DNA of 64,000 nt, taken from positions 27,032,001 to 27,096,000 of the forward strand of contig OX597828.1 of assembly GCA_951406725.2 (NCBI GenBank). Reading direction: 5' to 3'. A program made the position numbers and the translations under genes. This document shows positions 39,913 to 51,387 of this stretch, one piece after another. Position 1 is the first letter of the stretch, and each line of letters starts with the position of its first letter. The notes under the pieces were generated by a model. It saw only the letters and a list, made by a program, of their open reading frames with translations, searched no databases and was not told where the DNA came from. The stretch comes from Octopus vulgaris. Lineage: Eukaryota.

Positions 39913-40141
39913 TTAACCCTTTAGCATTTAAAGCAGTATCTGGCCCAAATATTCTGCCTGTTTTATGTTGAAATTGGCAAGATGTTGCCTCTCGCACCTC
40001 TGCCTTAATGTTGTTATTCTGAAAGTAAACAATCACATCATTGAAATCTCAATGCTACAGGATAATCCAGGATTAATTCGAAACAACGCGAATAAATAAG
40101 GATTACATTTGATAGAGTAATCTGATTGCAAAATGGTTTAA
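39913..40141. mobile_element. TTAA MITE, second copy
   Basis: Colinear with 22808-23035. Confidence 0.8.
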
Positions 40142-40372
40142 ATGATGATTTCTCACACATACATACACACAATGGAAAAGTTTCAGTGTCTGTCTACCAA
40201 CCAAATCCACTCAGAAGGCATTGGTCAGCTTGGGACTATACTAGAAAACAATTGACCAAAATGCCACGCTGCGGGACTGAACCTGAATCCACATGCCAAT
40301 TCTGTACAAGACATTGTAGATCTTTAGCTGGGCTAAAAAGTCACATTCGATCACAGCACCAGTAACAGTTAA

Positions 40373-40675
40373 GCAATGACCCAGTGGTTAGGGCAGTGGA
40401 TTCGCGGTCATAGGATCGCGGTTTTGATTCCCAGACCAGGCATTGTGCGTGTTTATTGAGTGAAAACACCTAAAGCTCCACGAGGCTCCAGCAGGGGGTG
40501 GTGGCGATCCCTGCTGTACTCTTTCGCCACAACTTTCTCTCACTCTTTCTTCTGTTGGCCTGTTTGCTTAGCCAGTGGGGTGGTGTCATTTGATGGCTAA
40601 AACAAGGTGAAGCGCATTGTGACCAGCGATGTACACCCACATCTGATAGCCTGGTCGGTCACGTGATCACGTGAT
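40373..40675 (+). mobile_element. tRNA-headed SINE, family D, tail type 2
   Basis: Head and body match 63856-63670(-), but the 3' tail is different and ends gtcacgtgatcacgtgat. Confidence 0.85.
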
Positions 40676-42430
40676 ATACACACACACACACATATATAAT
40701 GTGTGACATACATTCTGTTTAAAATGATAATCATTAGTGGGGTCTGTGATATGAGGCAAATGTTGCTATTCGTGGCATGCTAAGCAATCAGATAGTGCGG
40801 GGTGGGTGGGGGTGCTTAGTTGTTGTTGTTGTTGGTGATGGTGGTGGAAGTGTTGATGGTGATGGTTGTGATGATGGTAGTAGTAATAGTACTATCAGAG
40901 ATGATGGTGTTGGTGGTGGCTGTGACAATGGTGGTAGTTCTGGTGATGGTGGTGGTGTTAGTGGAGATAGTTGAAGTGGTAGTGGTGGGAGTTATGACAC
41001 AAGTAGCAGTGTTGAGATGATAAAGGTCATAGTTATGGTGGTGGTGGTGAGAGTAGTATTATTAGTGATGGTGGTGGTAATGTTTGTGATTTCTTTGTTT
41101 TTGTTTGTTGTTTTGTTTTTCCTCATTCAATGAAGATGATAATGACATTGATAATTGCAATAATGTGGGGAAAGGCGGGTATGGGAGGGGGTGATGACAC
41201 AAGAGTTAGTGGTGGGATGAGAGGCTTGGATTATGATATTGGATTGTAAGGTTCCATGTATAGGGCAGTGATAATGGTTATGGTAATTTTGATGAGAATA
41301 AGGATAAGGAAAGAATGAAAGGAGCCAAGGTTGACGATGACGGTGATGATGATGATGATGATGATGATGATACCAGTAATGATGATGATGTCAATGACAA
41401 TGATGATGATGATGATACCAGTAATGATGATGATGTTGGTGATGTCAATGATGATGATGATAATGATCAGGATGATGACAAAATTCGCTGATATTGTTTA
41501 GCCCCAGGTCAGCTTCCTGATTTGAAAGACCTATGATCAACACCAGGCCTGACCATTCCTGTCTTTGGTTTCTTCTGGACATTGCTCAAACTGATGTTGT
41601 CTTTATTGAACACAAAATGGTGGTGGTGGTGGTGGTGGGGGCTGATTTGGGGAAGGAGGTTTAGACCTGCTATTTCTAGTTAGTCAAGCAACTGCATTGA
41701 GACCTCCATTGTTAGCCTGGTAAAGTTTATGATGTGACAAGCATGGTTGTGGTGGCGGCAGTGGTGGTCATGGTGGGAGTGCTAATGATATTAACGATAT
41801 TGATGATAATAGTGACAATGACAGGGATAGTTTGATAGCAGTAAGGAAGCTTTTATTGTAGAAACATCAGTGATGGTTGATTGTGAGGAACTGGGTGAGG
41901 TGGGGGGTAGGGTGATGCCGAGGGGTGGGGGATATCATTAGAATTGTTTCCAAGATATTGGTATGATGATGATGATGCTAATGATGTTGAAAACTGTGGT
42001 GTTTGGAAGCGATGGGGGGGGGGAGGGGCAGGAATAACAGTTGGGGGTGGTGAGGGAGATTTCTGAGGATGAGGACAGGAGTAGGAAAAAGGGGCAGAAG
42101 AAGATTATAGTGAAGGTGATTATGATGGGAATATGGATTTCAGTAACATCTATATAGAGATGTCTGATCTGTGTGTATTTGTATATATCCATCTCTCTCT
42201 CTATATATGTATATATATATATATATATATACACATACACACACACACACACATACAGGTACGTACATATACGTTTCCATATATTATATCATCATCATCA
42301 TCATCATTTAGCGTCCGTTGATGATGATGATGATATAATATATGGAAACGTATATGTACGTACCTGTATGTGTGTGTGTGTGTATATATATACACACACA
42401 CATGCACATATGTATTTATATGTGTGTGTT

Positions 42431-42478
<48 letters not shown>

Positions 42479-42619
42479 CATATATATAATATGTTTATGT
42501 ATGGGTATAAAGTCAGAGAAAAACCACAAAACACGACCAGCCATTCTGCCTATCTTTGAAAGGAAGATTGCCAAAATGTCAGGGTTGTCATCAGAATTTT
42601 GTGGTTATCACCTCTCTCG

Positions 42620-42654
<35 letters not shown>

Positions 42655-42837
42655 CAGTTATGGCTTCTGCTGCTATGAGACCACCACCACCATCACCACC
42701 ACCAATATCAGCAGCAAATCTTAAAAGGGTGGTGAGTACTTGGTGGGTGAGGATACCCTTTCAGGCTCAACCGATGTGTTAATGTCCTGATTGTGTTCTT
42801 ACTCTTAATTTCCTTTTTTTTTTTTTTCCCAATTATT

Positions 42838-42878
<41 letters not shown>

Positions 42879-43328
42879 TCTTAGAAATCCTCATTATATT
42901 CATTGCCAGCATCATCATCATTGTTATTAATCTTCTTCTTCTTAACATCATCATCATCATCATCATCATCAATTTCTTATCGTCTTCATCATCATCATCA
43001 TCACTTGAGTTATAGTAACAGTAGCTGCTATTGATGCTGCTGCTGTTGGTGGTGGTGGTGGTGGTGGTGGTGGTGGTACCGGTATTGTTGTGGTTTCAGG
43101 ATGATGTTATTGCCTCTCTTCCTAGCTGTAGGCTATGAAACAATTTTCAACAAGTTCAATATTTTGAATTTTAATTCTTTAAATCTTTCTATTTTTATTC
43201 ACTGAATTATTATCATCATCATCATCATCATCATCATAAACATTATTATTATTCATGATTATTATTATTATTATTATTAATATTATTATTATTATTTATC
43301 ATGATTATTATTATTATTATTATTATTA

Positions 43329-43417
<89 letters not shown>

Positions 43418-43497
43418 TCTTAGCAGCATTTAAAATTTTTTTGTATAATTTCTTTTTATTTCTCCATTTTTTCCCTCCATCCCTCACCCCCTTTCTC

Positions 43498-43552
<55 letters not shown>

Positions 43553-43861
43553 TCTTCTTTGTTCTATTTTAACTGTTTCAGTTTTTAATCTGTCAACTTC
43601 AGATTATGCTAATTTTTATTTATTTGTTTATTAGTTTTGCATTGTTTGTTTTTTTTTTTAAATTTTGGATTTGATTCCTTTGTTGTTTATTTTTGTTTTT
43701 TTTTATTGTCTCATTTTTAAATGATGTTTGGTGATGATGATGATGATGATGATTGAGATCTATTTATATGGTTTCATTAATTTTTTTTGTTGATTTTGCT
43801 TTTTATTGACATTATTTTTGATTTCCCACTTATGTATGTATATTTACATATATATATATAT

Positions 43862-43921
<60 letters not shown>

Positions 43922-44603
43922 ATGTATATATGTGTGTGTGTGTGTATGTATATATATGTGTATGTATGTATGTATGTATGTATTTGCATATATATTTATT
44001 TCAGACATATATATATATATATTTGTAGACATGCATACATGTATTTGCATATGCATGCAGATGCACATGTGTGTGTGTGTGTGCATGAGTCTTGTTTCAT
44101 CTTCATTAGACTATTGTATATCTGCTTTCCATGCTGGTGTGGGTTGAATGGGTTTTTGCTGCTCTCCTAGTTGGGTTGGGCAGTAATGCCCCCCCCCCAA
44201 GTTTCAAGTTTGGCATGGTTTCTATGGCTGGATGTCCTTCTTAACACCAACTCTTTTACAGAGTCTTCTTCAGGCAATTTGTTGTGACAACAGCACTCGA
44301 GATGACTGATGTGAGAGCTTGATTGATAACTGAATGATGGATGCTGGTGTTAATTGACTAGGAAGAAGTTTAAGTAGAATGTATAGACTACATGCAGATC
44401 TGTTGGAATTCTTTAATTATATACCTGAAGATTCTGAGAAATTTGGGGTGAAAGGGATAGAGATACTATAGTGGAGTCTTGGAGAAGGAGTCAGATAAAT
44501 CCGGTAGCTTCTCTTGTTACATTGGAAGCAATGCAATTGGGAGTTGAAGACTTTTGGTTCAAGAGCTTGAGACATGAGTAATAAGTGCAAGATCAACAGT
44601 GAT

Positions 44604-45012
44604 CGCAGGAGTGGCTGTGTGGTAAGTAGCTTGTTTACCAACCGCATGGTTCCGGGTTCAGTCCCACTGCGTGGCACCTTGGGCAAGTGTCTTCTGCTAT
44701 AGCCTCGGGCCAACCAATGCCTTGTGAGTGGATTTGGTAGACAGAAACTGAAAGAAGCCCGTCGTATAAATGTATATATATATAAGCATGTGTGTGTTTG
44801 CGTGCGTGTCTGTGTTTGTCCCCCTAGCATTGCTTGACAACCGATGCTGGTGTGTTTATGTCCCTGTTACTTAGCGGTTCAGCAAAAGAGACCGATAGAA
44901 TAAGTACTGGGCTTACAAAAGAATAAGTCCCGGGGTCAAGTTGCTCGATTAAAGGCGGTGCTCCAACATGGCCACAGTCAAATGACTGAAACAAGTAAAA
45001 GAGTAAAAGAGT
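44604..45012 (+). mobile_element. SINE family A, full length
   Basis: Has a complete head, body and gtaaaaga tail. Confidence 0.9.
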
Positions 45013-46049
45013 GACCTGGTATGAATGATAGTTGAGTGGGTGATAAGATGGATTAGTGATATATACACAAATATACACACATATGTATATGTATCATCCT
45101 CAGTATCACTGAATGCCCCTTTTTCCATGCTGGTGTGGGTTGGACAGTTCAACAAGTATAAATGAAGCAGAAAGCGGTGCCAGGTTGTGTATCTGCTTTG
45201 GAAGGGTTTCTACAGCTCAATGTCCTTGATACCAACAACTCATCTTGTGTACTGGGTGCATTTTTTGTGACCCTGGCACAAGTGGGGTCACAAAGCTTTC
45301 AAGACAAAGTGAAGAAGGGTAACGGTATCAATCTCCATGAGTGAATCAGGACCGAAGGTCTGCTTTGGCATGGTTGCTATGGGACAGGTTCTTTGTTTCC
45401 CAAGATACTGGAACACTAATGAGGTTGCAATTAACTTGCAAGACAAAATAAGGAATGAAAATAGAAAATGGAAAAGAGTCCTCAATTGGGTGGGTGTGTT
45501 GGATAGACAACAAAAGGTGGTGGCTTTATCCCAGGTGTTGAGAGGGACAAACACAGGTGTCTTGCTGTAGAGATGATACATTGCTATCTTGCATTATGTA
45601 AGGGTGGGTGAGTGTAGCTGCAACGAGATAAAGATGGTGGTGATTGGGTCACCAAACCATACTGTTGAGGTAGTACAAGTAGGTGAATATAAAATGGAAT
45701 ACAGACCATGGACCACAAAGGAAGGAAATGTTGGATGGTTAGAGATGAGGCTAGAGTGTCTGTATGTAATACATCTATTTTACCCACATATCCTATTGTC
45801 CTGTATGAACTATTGTTCTTGGTTAGTCACGTTTCACAGTAATTAAACATGTGAAATGGAGCTGCATCTTACACAAAACCACTTTGTCACTTGAATACCA
45901 TTTTGTTATGTTTACCACATTCTCTCTGTTTTCTATTCTCATATTCTCTATGGCAGAATTAGCAGAACATTGAAAGAAATGTCTAATGCTATATCTTTAT
46001 GTCCCTTTACATTCTGCTTTCTGAGATTTCATCTATCATATGCTACTAC

Positions 46050-46400
46050 CTCTGACATACCATCCTCCATCACCACCACCACCTCTACCTCTGTCATACC
46101 ATCCACCACCACCTCCACCTCTGTCATACCATCCTCCACCTGTCATACCATCCTCCACCTCTGTCATACCATCCTCCACCAGTCATACCATCCTCCACCT
46201 CTGTCATACCATCCACCACCACCTCCACCTCTGTCATACCATCCACCACCACCTCCACCTCTGTCAAACCATGCACTACCACCACCACCGCCACCTCTGT
46301 CATACCATGCACTACCACCACCACCACCTCTACCTCTGTCATACCATCCACCACCATGTCCTCCATCATACCATCTACTACCAAGTCATACTACCTGCCA
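46050..46400 (+). repeat. Minisatellite built from cctctgtcataccatcc(a/t)cca units
   Basis: About 11 degenerate units of 18-33 bp. It is the source of the Pro/His-rich ORFs here. Confidence 0.9.
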
Positions 46401-49074
46401 CCACCTCCACCATACCCCCCTCACCTTACCATGTATCATATCAGCTACCACCGCCTCCATCATTCTAACAGGCTGGCATTCCATCTACCACTATAGCCAT
46501 CATACTGTCAAATATAACCAATATCACTCCAAAACTACTACTACTACTACTACTATTACTACTACTACTACTACTACTACTAGTACTACTGCTGCTGCTA
46601 CTACTACTACTACTTTAACTATTACACTAGCTTGCGGTGCATAATGTACAGATCTCTCCATATATATTTCTTCGCTTATTTCTCTTTTATTTCTCCCTCT
46701 TTTTTACCTTGGGAAAGTAGAGAGGTTGCTTATTACAGAACAATAATGGTAACTTCTTCACCCGAGGTCTTTGACAAGCTGAACAGTTACAAATCTAGCG
46801 CTGTCCATTGTCTCATTCCTTTGCTTTTCTTTCTCCCCCTCCCCCCCCCCTCCCCGATCGCTATTCGCCTGGCAGCTAAGAAGATAATCACAAACTTCTC
46901 TGTCCAAACACTTTATGGTCTTGATTTAAACAAGGTAATTATCAACGCGAATTAAATGACCACTGCAGTCTATGTAACATGAACAGCTGTTTTTAGCCAA
47001 TGGTCAGCAGATTTTAGTGTGTGAACCCTTCTCTGATTGCTTCATGTGGTTTCGGTTTGGGTTTTCGTTCCCGATAAATAAAGTCTTGAAGAGAAATGAA
47101 GAGAGGAAGGAAGCTAGAAATACTTTGTGTCAAAAGTTGGTGACTTCAGTTTTGTGTCGGCATTGGTTTATGTAGTAATAGTAGTGCTGGTGATGATAGT
47201 AGTATTAGTAGTAGTAGCCATTGTTTTGCTCTGGATCAACTCAAAGGAGCAAAGTATATATATGATAGATGAAAGGCATTCCAACCATGACAGTATTACA
47301 AAGCTGTCTGTTTACTTCCAGGTTTGACGATGCCATCCACTTGACTGTTTTTGATCCATTCATTTCTGGATGAAAGCCTCAACATACCATTGCCTGTCTA
47401 CATTGTGCATGCTGACTTGTTGCAGGCTGGTCATGGTAATCCTTTGGTCAAGGAATTAATCCTTGACATTAGCTTCTAAAGGAATTTTAGCTTAAAATAC
47501 AAACACTTGGAACAGACTTTAGGGCATCTTATCCTACCCTCTATTACTTTTGTCATTCCACTGTTCTGGCCCCTTTTTTTGGTGGTGGTGGTGGTGGTGG
47601 TGGTAGTTAAGAAGCTTGCCTCCCAACTATGTAATCTTGAGTTCAGCCCTACTGCACAGTACCTGGGGCAAGTATCTTTTACTATAGGCTCAGGTTGACC
47701 AAAACCTTGCAAGTGGACTCCATAGATGGAAACTGAAAGAAGCCCATTATGTGTGTGCGTGTGTGTTTATGTTTCAATTTGTCTCTACTAAATCCACTCA
47801 CAAGGCTTTGACTGGCCCCGGGCCATAGTATAAGATACTTGCTCAAGATACCATTCTGTGCAATTGAACCCAATACCACATGGTTGGAAAGCAAGTTTCT
47901 TGCCTCACAGGCAAATACCTTAATATATAGAAAATGTTCTTTGGTGAAGTGGGCCATTTATAATTGGAATAGAAAGTTTAATCTAAAGATATTTTATCTC
48001 TGTGGCACCATGAAGAGCATGTGTACTTCAATAACTTTTTTTTTTAATTACCAAGTGTGGAGGGTAGCGGGAAAACAAGATCCGCTTGTCTGTCCTTGTT
48101 TGTCCTCTCTGTGTTTAGCCCCTTGTGGATAGTATAGAAATAGGCATTTCATCTGCTGTTACGTTTTGAGTTCAAATTCCACCGAGGTCGAGTTTGCCTT
48201 TCATTTTTTTAGAGGTACATTAAATAAGTACCAGTTACGCACTGGGGTCAATGTAATCGACTTGATCCGTTTGTCTGTCCTTGTTTGTCCTCTCTGTGTT
48301 TAGCCCCTTGTGGGTAGTAAAGAAATAGGTATAGGGTTTTTTGTCTCATGGAACCAGCACAGTTGCTTTTTACGTATCTGTGTGTATTCAGAGTGAGGTA
48401 AATGTACATATACACATGCACATAGCCTTGTAAGTGTCTGCATATGTATCTGCATGTATGAATGTATGTGTTTTAGCATGTGTGTGTGTGTGGGTGTGCC
48501 TGAGTGTGTACATCTTAGCATATGTGAGTGCATGTGTAGGTGTATATATGTGTATTAACACATTTCATATGTTCTTGCCATATCCGTATGCATGTGTATG
48601 TGTTTTAGGACATGTGTATGTGCGTGCTTGTTTTTATGGTTGTGTATTAGCAATGTGTATGTGAGGCTTTGTTTTAGCAAGTGTGAAGTCCACTCTATGT
48701 GTGTGCATGTATATGTTGGTGTGTGTGTGTGAGAGATGGATAAAAGTGAGTGATGGTTTGAACATGTTTCAATGCATCTCCCCCCCACCACCACCACCAC
48801 CACCACCACAAAAAAAAAAAACGGAAAATTTTTTTAAATAAAATGATACAATAAAAACAGTAAATGCAAAACAGAAATTGGTGATGACCATTAAGAAAGA
48901 GTTCCCTAGTCTTGTTGGTACCTTGGACTTTGGCAGTTCCTAATTTGGAGCTCCAAGATTTTGTCCTCAAATGCTGACAGGAAACATATAAGGAAGTTAC
49001 CGCTTCCGAGATTTGCTAAGGAGGAGGATGAAAAGGAATTCCTTTCCTGTCTTCTCTTAATTAAAATAGCTATT

Positions 49075-49117
<43 letters not shown>

Positions 49118-50144
49118 ATCCATTCTCATATGTGGATACAAATACACACACACACACACACATTCAAGCATACACAATACGTTCTCATGCTTACACTCAA
49201 ATTCATGTACACATTCACGAACACACAATACATTTTCATACGTACATCACAAACACACACACATAATACATACAAAAATAAAATAATCAAATATATTAAA
49301 ATAAAACAAACAAAACAAAGCAACAAATGAAATTTAAAATAAAATAAAATAAATAAATTAAAACTAAAAGAAACAAAAAGCCTCTGGTACATTTTTTTTT
49401 CTTCTTTGTTTTGCAATTTGGTTAATCCTTAAAGAACTGATTCTGTGCTTTAATTGTTTTGAATTTCCCCTGAGATCCTCAACTATTTGATCAGAGGTTT
49501 GCGTTTCTTTTTTTTTTGTTTTGTTTTTATTTTCCTCCCCCTCTTTTTGTTTTTTTGATTTTTTTTAGTGGCCAGTTAAGAGACCTGTTCTATTGGTTAC
49601 AGCTTTAATGGCCAGACACTATTAAAAAAATCTAATGGTGTGTGTGTGTGTGTGTGTGTATCATGTTTGTAGCTTGTTAGATTTAATTCTACATGGTGTC
49701 ATTGTCTTTGAGATATTCTTGGGGTTCATTGGTGATGAGGTTTCTCGTGTTGTTGGCACTACCATTAGAATCTGTTGGTTTTTGGTTTGTTAATAATACT
49801 GATGCAAAAGTTGATCTTGTTGAACATTCTGTTACTTTATTATTATTATTATTATTATTAATTATTATTAAGGTAGCAAGCTGGCTGAATCATTAGCACG
49901 CCAGGCAAAATGCTTAGTGGCATTTCATCTATCTTTACGTTCTGAGTTCAAATTCTGCCAAGGTCAACTTTGCCTTTCTCCCTTTTGGTGTTGACAAATT
50001 AACTACCATTTGTGTACTGGTGTTAATCTAATCAATTGCCCGACCCCACCAATTTCAGGCCCTGTGTCTATAATAGAAAGGATTATTATTATTGTTGTTG
50101 TTGTTATTATTATTATTGTTGTTGTTGTTGTTATTATTATTATT

Positions 50145-50280
50145 CATGGTGTGCACAAATGTCTTACATCTGTAATCACTGTAGTTTTGATACTTGGTCA
50201 CAATCAGTTTCTTGATATCGAGGACCTTTCTTACAATTCTTGCTCTTCCCAATAGAGCAGATTTCTGAATAAATGCAACT
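50145..50280 (-). mobile_element. Very short R4/Dong-type 3' end at an (AAT/AAC)n tract
   Basis: The minus strand encodes FIQKSALLGRARIVRKVLDI (the QKxALLGTAxIxRK motif), followed by a short UTR and (AAT)n. Confidence 0.7.
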
Positions 50281-50630
50281 CTGGTAGTTGGCCCAATGCT
50301 CAAACTGGTTACGGTCAAGCAAACTGATGAGCAAATCTCTGGTATGGAGCAGAATATTTGCTGTAGCCCATCAGCTGGTGTTCTAGGGGCCCATATTACT
50401 GATTTCCTGTGCAAAATAGGGATAGCAGTGGCCCGTTGGAGCAATGAGCCCTGTGAAGTGGAGTGGCTACTGCTGTAAGTGTTGCTGGTCATCCACCACA
50501 GCAACCCTATAACAGTCATCATCACAGGGCAGGGCTGAGCACCCCTTTTGTTCTGGAATATGCTGCCCATCACCCATTCCCTTCCATTTACTGCTGTTTG
50601 TCCCCCTTTTTGCTCTCTCTTTCTCTTTCT

Positions 50631-50829
50631 CTTTTACTTGTTTCAGTCATTTGACTGCGGCCATGCTGGAGCACCGCCCCTAATCGAGCAACTCGACCCC
50701 GAGACTTATTCTTTGTAAGCCCAGTACTTATTCTATCGGTCACTTTTGCCGAACCGCTAAGTAACGGGGACATAAACACACCAGCATTGGTTGTCAAGCA
50801 ATACTAGGGGGACAAACACAGACACACAA

Positions 50830-50864
<35 letters not shown>

Positions 50865-51036
50865 CATATATACGACAGGCTTCTTTCAGTTTCCGTCTAC
50901 CAAATCCACTCACAAGGCATTGGTCGTCCCGGGGTTATAGCAGAAGACATTTGCCCAAGATGCCACGCAGTGGGACTGAACCCGGAACCATGTGGTTGGT
51001 TAGCAAGCTACTTACCACTCAGCCACTCCTGCGCCT
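50631..51036 (-). mobile_element. SINE family A, full length
   Basis: Reverse-complement match to family A. Confidence 0.9.
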
Positions 51037-51281
51037 AATTCTTTCCTTTTTCTTTTTTTAATCTTCTAAAATCAAGAAATGAAATAAAGTTAACAAAAAC
51101 AAAAGAAATATATATGATTTTGGATTCCAATCAGAAACTGTACCAGACCTAAAATAATAAGTACTGCAGCTGATATTTTTTCAGCTAAAACCTTCGGAGC
51201 AGTGTCCCAGCATGGTCACAGTTCAATGACTGAAACAATTAAATTATCAAAGACAACATATTTACATCGTTTTTTTTTGTA

Positions 51282-51305
51282 TATTTAGCTACGGCGGTAC
51301 ATATT

Positions 51306-51336
<31 letters not shown>

Positions 51337-51387
51337 CTGGCCCCTGCGCAAGGATGGCACGCAAATTCGTGAAATGTTCCATATTTT
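51282..51387 (+). pseudogene. U6: U6 snRNA retrocopy, essentially full length
   Basis: The sequence gctacggcggtacatattctaaaattggaacgatacagagaagattagcctggcccctgcgcaaggatggcacgcaaattcgtgaaatgttccatatttt matches metazoan U6, including the ACAGAGA box, with a few substitutions. It is fused to a retroposon tail. Confidence 0.95.

Noticed and set aside
45970-46644. 224-aa Pro/His/Thr-rich extensin-like ORF
   Set aside because: It is a minisatellite open in several frames and on both strands, with no ATG-supported gene structure.
51282-51387. Functional U6 snRNA gene
   Set aside because: It has substitutions at conserved positions, the upstream region is a SINE tail with no evident PSE/TATA, and the 3' end is fused to a retroposon tail.
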